From the NCBI GenBank assembly GCA_963749195.1, contig CAVVLX010000007.1, forward strand, positions 2,036 to 66,035: 64,000 bases of DNA, written 5' to 3'. The position numbers and the translations under genes were made by a program. Positions 1 through 9,824 of this stretch are shown in pieces; position 1 is the stretch's first letter; each line of letters begins with the position of its first letter. Source of the stretch: an uncultured Thermoplasmata archaeon. Lineage in GTDB: Archaea > Thermoplasmatota > Thermoplasmata > Lutacidiplasmatales > UBA184. Under the pieces are notes generated by a model that was not told the DNA's origin, did not search any database, and saw nothing but the letters and a program-made list of their open reading frames with translations.

Positions 1-1240
1 TTCCCCATCTCTCCTCCATCAGGTGGAGGACGGAGTCAAAGTAGAGGAGCTGATGGCTCACTAATCCTTGTGGAGTGTACGGACTGATTACCATGAACGG
101 CACGCGAAACGAAAGGCCAAGCGGATTCAGCCCCGAAAGTTTGGGCGGTCCGGCCTGGTCGTAAAATCCGCCGTAATCGTCCCAGGTGAGGAAAACGGCG
201 GTCGAGTTCCAGTAGCGGGACTCCTCGATCGCGTCCAGGACGTTGGCAACGAACGATTGACCCTGAGTCACGTTGGCGGGAGGGTGGTCCGAGAACTCCT
301 GGTCGGGGATCACCCAGGAAATGTTCGGCAATCCTTCGCCAGGGCCGGGGGCTTCTTCGAGGTCGTTGAATAACGTCGGGGTCCGGTTCACGAAGTGTCC
401 GACGTACCAATTCTGATAACTCTCTGCTTTGGCGGCTAGAGGATTCCAATACGAGTAGGCCGAGCCCGCACCGTAGGCGTTGCTCTGTACTCCCGAAATG
501 GCCGTGTTGTACGTCGCGAGTGACCAATCGTAGTACTTCCATGACACCGATGGTGTTGTGTTCAGGAGGTCGTCGATCGTTAGGGTCTTGTTGGCCTGAT
601 TCAGATAGGCATGTTCCTGGGAAGTGGTTTCCAAATAAAATTGAGCTTGCTTCGGCGCCTGGCCGGCGACGATGAACCAGTGGTTGGGAAGCGAGTACGA
701 AGGATCGGAGGAGAACACATTGTCGCCGAGTCCGAACTCTTGCGCGATATCCCAGTAGATCGGAATAGTCGCCGCGTCGTACTCTCCGAATGTCGTGTAC
801 TGCTTGCCTTCGGCTTGCCAGAAACCATCCATCGCCGGCGCCTTACTCAGACAGGAGGTCGCGCCCGTCGTACCACAGATCGACCGAACCGTGGAAGCTT
901 CGTTATGAGGAGGGTTGATCGTGCTGAGATTCTGCTCCCCGTACGCCCATGTGTTGATTTCCCCTGCCGGGCACGAGCCGACCGGGTATCCAGTTCCTTT
1001 GTAACCCACTTCGATTTCGCAGGTTCCGATAGGTAACCCGTCCGCGGTGCCATTGCAATACGGACTCGCAGCGAGACAGTAGGATCCAAAGAAATTGTCG
1101 TACGCGTGGTTTTCCATAACGATGAACACGACATGCTGAATGTGTTGACAGAACTCGCCCAAGAAGTCCGAAATGTTACCGGAACAGATCGGTGGCGGGG
1201 GAGTTACCGCGCCGGGCGCCAAGGCGATCGCCACGGCCAC
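1..1240 (-). CDS. phosphoesterase-family protein (phospholipase C / acid phosphatase superfamily); C-terminus lies beyond the window edge
   Basis: Absent from the ORF track because the frame stays open to position 1. My own translation of the minus frame gives QHVVFIVMENHAYDNFFGSY, TIDDLLN, FLTWDDYGGFYDQ, SFRVPFMVISPY and YFDSVLHLMEERWG, the conserved blocks of this family. Start is tentatively GTG at 1240, followed by hydrophobic VAVAIALAPG. Confidence 0.8.
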   Translation of the reverse strand, partial: MAVAIALAPGAVTPPPPICSGNISDFLGEFCQHIQHVVFIVMENHAYDNFFGSYCLAASPYCNGTADGLPIGTCEIEVGYKGTGYPVGSCPAGEINTWAYGEQNLSTINPPHNEASTVRSICGTTGATSCLSKAPAMDGFWQAEGKQYTTFGEYDAATIPIYWDIAQEFGLGDNVFSSDPSYSLPNHWFIVAGQAPKQAQFYLETTSQEHAYLNQANKTLTIDDLLNTTPSVSWKYYDWSLATYNTAISGVQSNAYGAGSAYSYWNPLAAKAESYQNWYVGHFVNRTPTLFNDLEEAPGPGEGLPNISWVIPDQEFSDHPPANVTQGQSFVANVLDAIEESRYWNSTAVFLTWDDYGGFYDQAGPPKLSGLNPLGLSFRVPFMVISPYTPQGLVSHQLLYFDSVLHLMEERWG

Positions 1241-1268
1241 CCAAGTCTCGGATGTCGAAAGACTTGCG

Positions 1269-2156
1269 TCAATTCTGTACGTACCTGGAGTTCCGGTCGG
1301 CCAGGGAGAGCGCACCGCCTGTTTCGTGGACGTTCCCGGAGGATTCGTGACCCGAGCTGACGAGAATCGTACCTGACCCACTGGGCAGGAGAGTTGATGT
1401 CCCCGTCGCCGAGATCGTGAGGAGTAGGAGGTCCGAGAAGGACACGGTGGTCACCGTTGCTGACACCGCTATCGATCCGCTCGAAATCGACGGCGGACCG
1501 ATTGCATCAACGGAAACGGCTGCGGTTCCGGAAATGACGATCACCGTGAGAACAGCAGGGGCTGACTTCGAAAGAGAGACCGAGACGGTCATTGCGGCAG
1601 ACTCAAGCGCTTCGGAGGCGACCCAGACGGAGAGCGTAGTGGTCGATTTAGTAGAAGTCGAGGAAAGCTGTTGGTAACTGTCCCCGGTCGAGTCATGGAC
1701 CGAATTTACGGTCCGCGCGTAATGGCAGGACACGACGACGACGATCGTGTCGCCGGGTGCTACGGAAAGGCCGGGGGATGATGAACCCGACGCTCCCGAG
1801 AAACCCACCGAAGTGCCACCCTGAACCACCGGAGGGGGAGGGGGGCTGAAGCGGTTGAGCTCATAGGTAAGGTCTGACGCGAGATTGTCCACCCCCCACG
1901 GGCCGGGAATCGCGAAGGTCACGGCAATCAGGACGACGCATCCCGCAACTATCTGCGCGGGACGTTGCCGGCTGAAGAATCGGAAGGACCTGCGGTGGGA
2001 CTTAGCGGCGGATCCCTGCAATCCATCGTTGGCCGCTAGGGGTAAACGGTCCGGTTCAAGGTCCCCGAGTAGGACTGGGCCAGATGAACCATCTTCCTCA
2101 ATCGCAGAGTGTTGGACATCCGCGGATCCACGAAACTCCGGGGACATAGCCGGCAC
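1269..2156 (-). CDS. membrane-anchored Ser/Thr-rich extracellular protein, function unknown
   Basis: 295-aa ORF with one N-terminal hydrophobic helix (IVAGCVVLIAVTFAIPGPW), a PPPPP linker and a long S/T/V-rich beta-like region. It lies directly upstream of the phosphoesterase on the same strand, with a 28-nt spacer. Confidence 0.55.
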   Translation of the reverse strand: MPAMSPEFRGSADVQHSAIEEDGSSGPVLLGDLEPDRLPLAANDGLQGSAAKSHRRSFRFFSRQRPAQIVAGCVVLIAVTFAIPGPWGVDNLASDLTYELNRFSPPPPPVVQGGTSVGFSGASGSSSPGLSVAPGDTIVVVVSCHYARTVNSVHDSTGDSYQQLSSTSTKSTTTLSVWVASEALESAAMTVSVSLSKSAPAVLTVIVISGTAAVSVDAIGPPSISSGSIAVSATVTTVSFSDLLLLTISATGTSTLLPSGSGTILVSSGHESSGNVHETGGALSLADRNSRYVQN

Positions 2157-2414
2157 GAGTTCGATGACCGAAATGAAATGACTGTAGATGATACTGGCGA
2201 AAGACGCAGAATTGACACGGGCTCGGCGTCTCGGACTAACAGGAAGCCCGAGGCGGTCCCTGAGCCTTCAGTTCAGAACTCCGATCTACCACAGTAATCT
2301 TGGAGGCACCCTGAGTCCATCCGATATTCAACCACCATCGGGGTGGCGCTCGATGGGAAATGACCATTGCACCTTTCCGAGAGTGTCAGGCCCCGGCTCG
2401 GAGCCCGGCGTCGA

Positions 2415-3689
2415 CTATCGAAGCGAGCGCTTCCACTCGTTGGGAATCCGGCTCGTATAGTCAACCGTCTCGGCGCCGAGGAAGTCAGCAAGGCGCTCAA
2501 TCGCTGCAGCAATCGCAGAAGAAACCTCCTTGCTCTTTGGCGCACCGGGCTCTGAGTGAACCGAGTTGATCCGAAGGGTGGAAGTCTCGCGGTCGAACTT
2601 GGGATCTAACCTACCGATGAATTGGTCTCCCCATAGAATGGGGAGGACATAGTAGCCGAACTTTCGCTTCGGTTTGGGCACATACATCTCAAGGAAGTAG
2701 TTGAAGCCGAAGAGGTCACGGCCACGGTTCCTGAGGCAGATCAGACTGTCGAAGGGGGATATCAGAGAGAGCCGAGGCTCCGACGGCGCGTCGCCCAACG
2801 ACTCGAGGAGGCTCAGGTCTTCGCGATGGATGTATCTCGTCTCTCGTCCGCGGAGCCCATCGATTTCGACCGGCCGGATGACGGAATCCTGGAGCAGCGA
2901 ATCAAGCGCCTTGTCTAGGTCTCGGTACATCCCTCGGACAAAGTAGAAACTGATCTCCCTGGGCGACGCAAAGCCGAGGGCCCGGATCGCATGCTCCGCC
3001 GCCCGTCGCTCCGCTTCGCCGGCCGATAGCGGCCGCCGGTCTACCCACTTCGGTAGGTGCGAGGCGGATAGCCCCCAGACGTTCTGACTCCCTTGCCGAC
3101 CGACCAACATTACCTCCCCCGACATCCAGAGATGAAAGAGCATCGCCGAGACGTCACTCCCCGAACCCCATCCACCGGGGTCTCTACGCGTTCGAACGTG
3201 ATCCTTGAACTCGTTCAGGGAAAGTGGGCCGACCTTCAGCTCGCCCAAGACTTTTCGTCGAAGGTCCGCATGACGAGGGAGCCATTGCCGAGTGTGGGCT
3301 CTCCAGTTCCCCCACGAATCGGAGAGGGATTCGGGGTACCGTGCCATGTAGGAGCGGAAGAGGGGGAACTCCTCCGTAGGAACTATCGAATCCGCGTGGA
3401 CGCAATACCGGAACAGTTTCCGTTCGTCGGCGAGAAGCGCATCGAGGTCGGTCCGCGGGAAGTTTCCGAGTCGGCTCCACAGGGTCAGGATGTGACCGGG
3501 AGCGACAACGCTCACGGGGTCCCACTGGACATAGCAGAGATCGCGGGCGATGGAGAGAATGTCCGCTCGGCCCGCCCGCTTCGGTAGCGGTCCCGAAAGA
3601 CGCTGCTTGACTACGAACAGCCGTCGCGCGGTGGCTAATGTAGTCCGTACTGGAGATCCGTTCTGGTTCGTCGTGCCCCGGGGACTCAT
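2415..3689 (-). CDS. winged-helix DNA glycosylase, AlkZ/YcaQ family
   Basis: 424-aa ORF with family-typical blocks YVQWDPVSVVAPGHILTLWSRL near the N-terminus and [25 protein letters not shown] near the C-terminus. Confidence 0.75.
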   Translation of the reverse strand: MSPRGTTNQNGSPVRTTLATARRLFVVKQRLSGPLPKRAGRADILSIARDLCYVQWDPVSVVAPGHILTLWSRLGNFPRTDLDALLADERKLFRYCVHADSIVPTEEFPLFRSYMARYPESLSDSWGNWRAHTRQWLPRHADLRRKVLGELKVGPLSLNEFKDHVRTRRDPGGWGSGSDVSAMLFHLWMSGEVMLVGRQGSQNVWGLSASHLPKWVDRRPLSAGEAERRAAEHAIRALGFASPREISFYFVRGMYRDLDKALDSLLQDSVIRPVEIDGLRGRETRYIHREDLSLLESLGDAPSEPRLSLISPFDSLICLRNRGRDLFGFNYFLEMYVPKPKRKFGYYVLPILWGDQFIGRLDPKFDRETSTLRINSVHSEPGAPKSKEVSSAIAAAIERLADFLGAETVDYTSRIPNEWKRSLR

Positions 3690-3880
3690 TGCACGGATTT
3701 ATTGAATCGGTCGGCACGCCCTATAGTCGGGCTGCACTCCGAGGACACGCGAGAATCGATGGAACAGCGGGTGAGAGCAAGCACCGTTGCCCCAACGAAG
3801 AAGTACGGTCTCCCCTTCGCATCTAGGCAGAGGCGGCTAGTCATATGTGGATCGTCGCTGTCGGACCGGCAGGCCTTGGC

Positions 3881-4411
3881 ATGGATTCTGAAGTAGAGAC
3901 CTTTCGTGCATGGTTCGCGTACCTCGCGGACACTCGCCGCGGTTACCTCGACGCACTCGCGAAGCTCCCACCGGCAGAGCTGACGCGCGACCGAGGTGCA
4001 TCGTACCCCACCCTTCTCGACATTTTCGCGCACTCTCAAGGCGCCCTCTATTTCTGGATGAAGAGCTGTGCGACGTTCCCGTTCCCGCCGCAGGAGGAAG
4101 ACTCCGACGTTCCGCCCTCAATCGATGTGTTGAGGAAAGATGAGACGTACGTTCAGACCCAGATCCAGCGGGTTATGGCAGAACTGACCGAAGCTGACCT
4201 CTCACGCACGATTGTAAGGGAGAAAGGGGCGCGGCAAGACCACGACTGCAACATTCCGGTGCGCGAAGTGCTGTGGCATCTGGTCGAGGAGGAGCTTCAG
4301 CATCGCGGAGAACTCAACGCATTACTCTGGCAGATCAACGCCGACGCGCCGGTCGTCAGTTGGATCAAGTGGGACCACTCGGTGGGCCGGATCAAGGACC
4401 TCCCTTCGTAG
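3881..4411 (+). CDS. DinB-family (DinB_2-like) protein, paralog 1
   Basis: The ATG at 3881 gives MDSEVETFRAWF..., aligning with the start of paralog 2. The C-terminal block is WHLVEEELQHRGELNALLWQINADAP. The track start at 3845 is probably too far upstream. Confidence 0.75.
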   Translation: MDSEVETFRAWFAYLADTRRGYLDALAKLPPAELTRDRGASYPTLLDIFAHSQGALYFWMKSCATFPFPPQEEDSDVPPSIDVLRKDETYVQTQIQRVMAELTEADLSRTIVREKGARQDHDCNIPVREVLWHLVEEELQHRGELNALLWQINADAPVVSWIKWDHSVGRIKDLPS

Positions 4412-4665
4412 CCGCGAGAGCGCCGACCCGTCGATTTCGAGGCGCCCTAGTTGTGGTAGCCAGTGTGGGCGCAAGTGGCGTTGCAGCTTCTCCGTCTCTA
4501 CAAGTAGACGATGACCCAGGGTTGGCTACGATGAGTAGTAAACCGCAAGTTATCACATCCTTCGAGTCAGCCTGGGCGGCACGCGTGCGCTCCTGCTCGC
4601 GGAACTGTTTCACGATCCCCCCGGTGCCTCTTATGCGTCCAAGTGGTCAGGCTTGTTAGGGAACC

Positions 4666-5055
4666 ATGAGCGGCGAAGTCGGTCACTTTGAGATACCAGC
4701 GGACAACACAGAACGAGCACGAAAGTTCTACTCGACGACATTTGGGTGGAAGATGAACGCGGTGCCGGGGATGGACTATACGATGGTGAGCACGGGCACC
4801 GTTGACGATCAGGGCATGCCGAAAGAGCCTGGATACGTCGGTGGCGGCATAGGAAAGCGTGGCGGGCCCCTCGAACATCCGGTCGTAACCATCATGGTGG
4901 ACGACGTGGGGGCGGCGATCAAGAAGGTCGAGAAGAACGGGGGCAAGGTGATCCAACCAAAGCAGGAGATTCCGGGCAACATGGGCTGGACGGCCTACTT
5001 CAAGGACACCGAGGGAAACGTCATCGGGCTCTACCAGTGGCCCAAGCAGCCCTGA
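4666..5055 (+). CDS. VOC-family (glyoxalase/bleomycin-resistance fold) protein
   Basis: 129 aa. GHFEIPADNTERARKFYSTTFGWKM and FKDTEGNVIGLYQ are typical of small VOC proteins. Confidence 0.8.
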   Translation: MSGEVGHFEIPADNTERARKFYSTTFGWKMNAVPGMDYTMVSTGTVDDQGMPKEPGYVGGGIGKRGGPLEHPVVTIMVDDVGAAIKKVEKNGGKVIQPKQEIPGNMGWTAYFKDTEGNVIGLYQWPKQP

Positions 5056-5236
5056 CGATCAGAGGGCGTCACGGTCGGCGTCTGCCAACCGCCCCTCGGC
5101 AAGACACCCCCACGAACCCATTCCCCTACGCCGGGCCCATCGGCTCCTGAGAGCGAGCGTTGGGGTGGGAAGATCGAATATTATTCTTAGGAGCGCCTCG
5201 TGAGTGTAACAGCCGTTGCGTCCATTGAGCCGACTC

Positions 5237-5719
5237 TCAATCCTCGCCGAAGCCGGTAACTGGCGGATCGACGTCGATCTGCCAGAGGAGGGCATTCATT
5301 TCACCGCGGTGTTGCAGCTCCTCTTCGATCATGTGGAGGAGCATGTTGCGAACGGAAATTCGGAAAGGCCGTTGGCCTCGCCAGTGGAGAGTCTTGCTCA
5401 GTCCCCGGGGGCCGACTTCGCGGATGACCTTCTGGAGTAGACGATCCACGGCGGCGGTCTCTTTCGCAACCTGTGACTTCGTGTAGCGCTGACCAAGAGG
5501 GTACTCCTCGAAGGTCTTGGCGTTCCCGTAGACGGAGATGAACCACCATCGGTACGCATCGAGAACGTGCATGTAAATGTCCACGACTGAGGGGAACGAT
5601 CCACCGCGATTCTTGTAGCGCTGTCGAGTAGGGAGTTTCCAGATCGCCCGAAGATATTTCTTTCGGACGCGGGAATTGTAGCGGTAGAGTTCACGGATTG
5701 TTTCATACTCAGATCCCAT
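5237..5719 (-). CDS. DinB-family protein, paralog 2
   Basis: The ATG at 5719 gives MGSEYETIRELY.... The C-terminal block HMIEEELQHRGEMNALLWQIDVDPP is nearly identical to paralog 1. Confidence 0.75.
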   Translation of the reverse strand: MGSEYETIRELYRYNSRVRKKYLRAIWKLPTRQRYKNRGGSFPSVVDIYMHVLDAYRWWFISVYGNAKTFEEYPLGQRYTKSQVAKETAAVDRLLQKVIREVGPRGLSKTLHWRGQRPFRISVRNMLLHMIEEELQHRGEMNALLWQIDVDPPVTGFGED

Positions 5720-5918
5720 TGTTCCTGGCAATGGCGTCCTATCCAAATGCATTGCGGCGCGCGCAGAATCGAGGGATCGTCGTCACCGGGCGGCCGCGAT
5801 GGATGTTGAGGATGATTGCAGCGACTCGCGGCGGAGCCCGCTGCGCCAGTCCTAGACGGGCTAGGTCCAGGTAGGCGGTAGGCCCTGGTCAGATTGGCCT
5901 AGAATCTTGGCAGAACAC

Positions 5919-6821
5919 TCACGTTGTCGCTGCCCCGCGAATCCACCTCTTCCCGTCTCGCTGGTAGCGGCGAAAGAACCAAAGCGTGAACGGGGAGGGG
6001 TCTGATGTGACACTAGATCTCTCCAATGCGCGATAGTACCCCGTCCGCTTTCCGTATCGGATGTTCAACATCGGGTAGCCCCTCTCGTGCAGTAACATGT
6101 TCATTGCAATTCGGCCTATCCGCCCATTCCCGTCTCCGAACGGATGGATATTTTCAAACCTAAAGTGGAAGGCAGCCGCGCGCTGGATCGGGTGAACTTC
6201 TTCTGCGTGCCGATGGACCCATCGCAAGAGTTCGATCAGCATGGGTCGGACTTCGAGCGGCGGGGGAGGGATGTGCTTGCTTCGCCCGATGCGAACCTCG
6301 AAGTCTCGAATCCTACCGGCGAATTGGGGTTTCGTCTCTCCGAAGATCCCCCTGTGCCAAGCTAGCAGATGCGGCAAGTCAATGGGCTCGGGATGGTCGA
6401 GGAGTCTCCTCATCAAAGCTGCATGTAGCTCAGTTTCGCGGATATCGGCCATTGGTTTCGAGCGCGGGCTTATTCTATGCTCGATTAGATCCGCGGTTTC
6501 CTCATACGTCAGGGTCGAACCCTCGATGCGGTTCGTGTCGTAGGTAAACTCAATGATGAACTGGCCCCGCTCCTTCTGCAATGCTGGACCGGGAAGCGTG
6601 CGAAGATGGGCGTGGTAGCCATCGCGGATCGATAGAAACACTTTGAACCACGTCGCCTCCCAAACCGCTCGCTCTAAGGAGGCTCGTTGGAGCTCGAGAT
6701 GACTCGGGAGTTTGGTGCCGAGGTATCTCTCCTTCCGCTGAACTACCCCATCCCACCGGTAGGTCTGGACCAGGTAGTAGTATCGATTTTCACCTCGGTT
6801 GACGGTCCGCACTGTCGCCAC
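5919..6821 (-). CDS. Fic-family protein (AMPylase-type), class II arrangement
   Basis: Fic active-site motif HPFGDGNGRIGR, with an upstream TNRIEG that matches the inhibitory (S/T)xxxE(G/N) motif. GTG start. Confidence 0.9.
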   Translation of the reverse strand: MATVRTVNRGENRYYYLVQTYRWDGVVQRKERYLGTKLPSHLELQRASLERAVWEATWFKVFLSIRDGYHAHLRTLPGPALQKERGQFIIEFTYDTNRIEGSTLTYEETADLIEHRISPRSKPMADIRETELHAALMRRLLDHPEPIDLPHLLAWHRGIFGETKPQFAGRIRDFEVRIGRSKHIPPPPLEVRPMLIELLRWVHRHAEEVHPIQRAAAFHFRFENIHPFGDGNGRIGRIAMNMLLHERGYPMLNIRYGKRTGYYRALERSSVTSDPSPFTLWFFRRYQRDGKRWIRGAATT

Positions 6822-6822
6822 A

Positions 6823-6876
6823 GATGCCTCTACACATTGTCACATAGTTAACTTTATCTCAAAGTGTAGAGGCATC
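6823..6876 (-). promoter_or_regulatory. perfect 13-bp inverted repeat bracketing an A/T-rich TATA-like spacer, immediately upstream of the fic start
   Basis: GATGCCTCTACAC (6823-6835) and its exact reverse complement GTGTAGAGGCATC (6864-6876), separated by a 28-nt A/T-rich spacer. The proximal arm ends 2 nt from the GTG start codon. Confidence 0.6.
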
Positions 6877-6962
6877 ATTGAAACTGGCCTGACGCCCTAG
6901 GGCGGAGAGTGTGCACCTGGCGTTGCGCATACCGAGAGCATCAGAGGGCTCCTCCGCCGTGC

Positions 6963-7733
6963 TCAAGGTTCGCGCCAACGAGCGAGCCCCATCGCGACCG
7001 CGATGAAGAACATCGTCAGAATCGCCAGTCCGAGGAGCTGGCCAGGAATTGAGGAGAGGAACGGGGCGGACGGCACCGAGGTGATCGGGAGTCCGGCCGC
7101 GCTCACGGCGAGCTGACTCGCGAACGTCGACGGCGCCAGGAATGCCACCCACCGAAACGACTCCGGGACCGCTTGGAGGGGATAAAATACCGGCGGCAGG
7201 ACCGATAAAGTGGTGAATACCACCATCCCGATAGGCCAAATTTCCCGTAGGGTCCGGAAGAAGGTGGAGAGCAGGAAACCGAGACTTGACGCGAGGAGCC
7301 ACGTCAGTATGATCACTCCAATCAAGGCCGCCAGGGACGACACCCCAATCGGAGTGACCAGAGTGAGCACCGCAAGGAAGAGGACGAGCGCCGGGATCGT
7401 GAACATGAGCTCGCTCAGCGCCATGCCGAGAACCCAGGAGATCGGTCGCAGCGGGCTCGTGATGAACACCTGCTGCATCTGGCGTTCGAGTCGAAGGTAG
7501 GCGCAGTCGTTCATCATTCCACTCCCGGTGAAGAGGCAGGAGAATAGGACGCCGCCCACAACTCCGTAGGGCAACTCGCTTCGTGGCGCGACCACGTAGA
7601 GGAAGAACAGGAAGCTCAGGGGCGTCAGGAAGAGCGCGATAAAGACCACGGGGCTCCGTACGAGTCCAAGGATCCCATTGAACCAGCAGATGCGCAACAC
7701 TGCGTTGGCTTGCGTCTTCGCGGTCATGCCCAC
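6963..7733 (-). CDS. ABC-2 type transporter permease
   Basis: 256 aa with about six hydrophobic helices. It overlaps the end of the upstream ATPase gene by 10 nt. Confidence 0.8.
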   Translation of the reverse strand: MGMTAKTQANAVLRICWFNGILGLVRSPVVFIALFLTPLSFLFFLYVVAPRSELPYGVVGGVLFSCLFTGSGMMNDCAYLRLERQMQQVFITSPLRPISWVLGMALSELMFTIPALVLFLAVLTLVTPIGVSSLAALIGVIILTWLLASSLGFLLSTFFRTLREIWPIGMVVFTTLSVLPPVFYPLQAVPESFRWVAFLAPSTFASQLAVSAAGLPITSVPSAPFLSSIPGQLLGLAILTMFFIAVAMGLARWREP

Positions 7734-8665
7734 TGGCCCCCGGGTTCGTCTTCCTCTATGCTCCGCCCTACGAGGGTAAGGAAAGCCTCCTCGAGGGTGA
7801 CCGGGCCGACATTGACGGCGATCCGGCGTTCGAGAGCCGTGCGGGTCAGTTCCTCCGCGCGGGATCGGGTAGTCATTACGGTGAATCCCCCCCGCTCGGG
7901 GTAGACCTCCCCGAACGATTCCAGTTCTTTCGCCGTGAACCCGGCGCTGAAGTGCAATCGCACCTCCCGCCGGACCTTCGACTTAAGGGAGTCCGCGGTC
8001 CCCTTGTAGAGGACCTTACCTCCCTCAATGACCGCGAGCTCCTCGGTCAACTGTTCGGCTTCGTCGAGATAGTGGGTTGTCAGGAGAACTGTCGATCCCT
8101 TATGCACGGTCCGACGGATGACCTCCCAAACCTGCCGTCGAGCGAACGGATCCATTCCCAGGGTGGGTTCGTCGAGGAAGAGGAACTCGGCTCCCGTGGC
8201 TAAAACCATGGCGACGAGGGTCCGCTGCTGCAACCCACCGGACAAGAGCATTGCGGGGATGTGCGAGTATGGGAGTAAGCCCATCACCTGCAGGAGCTCG
8301 TCCGCGACGCTCCGGGCGGACTCCCGTGACGCCCCTCGCACCTGTAGGTATTCTTCGATATGCTCGCGCGGCGTCAAATGATAGAACGGCTTCCCCTCTT
8401 GGGGAACGATTGCGATCCTTTCACGAATTTTTCGTGGATGCTCGACGACGTCAATGCCGAACAGCTGGATAGTACCGGAGGTCGGTAAAAGAAGCCCCGT
8501 TGCGATCTTGATGAACGTGGTCTTGCCTGCCCCGTTCCTACCGAGGAAGCCAAAGAGCTGGCGCTGTCCTATCGAGAGGTCGACGCTATCGAGCGCATGG
8601 ACCGTCCCTTGGCGCGTGTGGTAGGTCTTGGAAAGCGAATGCGCGAACAAGGCTTCCATCGGCAC
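7724..8665 (-). CDS. ABC transporter ATP-binding protein (ABC-2 exporter type)
   Basis: Walker A GRNGAGKTT, signature LSGGLQQR, Walker B FLFLDEPT. Confidence 0.9.
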   Translation of the reverse strand: MPMEALFAHSLSKTYHTRQGTVHALDSVDLSIGQRQLFGFLGRNGAGKTTFIKIATGLLLPTSGTIQLFGIDVVEHPRKIRERIAIVPQEGKPFYHLTPREHIEEYLQVRGASRESARSVADELLQVMGLLPYSHIPAMLLSGGLQQRTLVAMVLATGAEFLFLDEPTLGMDPFARRQVWEVIRRTVHKGSTVLLTTHYLDEAEQLTEELAVIEGGKVLYKGTADSLKSKVRREVRLHFSAGFTAKELESFGEVYPERGGFTVMTTRSRAEELTRTALERRIAVNVGPVTLEEAFLTLVGRSIEEDEPGGQWA

Positions 8666-8885
8666 GATTCAGCAAGTGGGCGGCATAACTTCGACGGCAT
8701 CGCCTCACAGGAGTGCCTAGGGTCTCGAATATGCCGGAAGCATCCAGCTCCCCTCAGTTCGGTGCAATAGCCTGTATTGGGCGCGAAGGATCCGCGCAAG
8801 CTTGGGCACACGCACTCCTACGGTCGGACGTGCGTGCCCAGGTACTGCGCGGAGGCGATCGTATTCTCCTCGATGATCGTGCGTT

Positions 8886-9566
8886 TCACTTTCGCCGAGT
8901 CGGGTAGCGTCGGCGTGGTCGCTTGCCAGTCGAAGACTCGACTCGGAACGTGTGGGGTCGCTCAACTTCCCCTTTGCCTACCTTGACGGAGCGACGCTCG
9001 GATTGGCGCCTCGACAAGAGACGACCTTGGACGAGTGCGGACTTCGACGGAGGCCACTTCCCTTTGAGTACCCTTCGCTCGATCCAGAAAGTAGTGGGGG
9101 GCTTCACGTCCATCTGCCAGAGCATGGCTTCCACTTCCCCAAGGTGCAGCAAGTGCTCCGTCAAGCACTGGGCGAGAGCGGAATCCCGGGACAGGCGCAA
9201 TGGGTACACCTTCGAGGCTACCCAGACCGCTGGCTTAGCCAGCTCCTGTGGGGTGTTCCATTTCTTGAACCTCTTATCTCCCATCGCTCGAACTTCTCGG
9301 AGCCGCTTCCGTACTGCGGCAATCGTGAGGTACCGGTCCCGAGGGATCCGCATCACCTCAGGCATCCAAGGAGTAGGCCTCCCTTCGCAGAACTCGGTAA
9401 CGTGCTGTTCTTCCACATACGCCAGATGCAGGAAAATGTTGCGAAAAGAGTGCATGCTCACCTCTCGATTCTTGGTGAATTCTTTCGGACCCAGCTTTGC
9501 CGCACATTCGAAAAAATCCTCTCGAAGTTCGTGGACGAAGTCCATGAGATCGACCGTGGTGACCAT
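8886..9566 (-). CDS. DinB-like protein, diverged paralog 3 with a basic C-terminal tail
   Basis: HSFRNIFLHLAYVEEQH and LTEHLLHLGEVEAMLWQMDVKPP parallel the other two DinB ORFs. The last roughly 55 aa are Arg/Lys-rich. Confidence 0.6.
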   Translation of the reverse strand: MVTTVDLMDFVHELREDFFECAAKLGPKEFTKNREVSMHSFRNIFLHLAYVEEQHVTEFCEGRPTPWMPEVMRIPRDRYLTIAAVRKRLREVRAMGDKRFKKWNTPQELAKPAVWVASKVYPLRLSRDSALAQCLTEHLLHLGEVEAMLWQMDVKPPTTFWIERRVLKGKWPPSKSALVQGRLLSRRQSERRSVKVGKGEVERPHTFRVESSTGKRPRRRYPTRRK

Positions 9567-9824
9567 AGAGGCCCATCCATACTATCTCGGCAAATAAACT
9601 CTCAAGCGATGCGGTTTGCCCATTCCGGATCATGTTGTCCCCCCCATCCCGCAGCCCCTTGAAAGGGGAGTTGCAACCGAATTGGGAGACTGGTTGCGCC
9701 GAGCGCTTACGTCGAGATCAAACGGAGTTGGTGTAACCTACGTCTTGTCCACACTTCGGTGGGATCGGCCCTAGAGGTCGATCGTGCCCGTCGCGTACCG
9801 TTGCCGCGTTCGGCCTACTTGATT

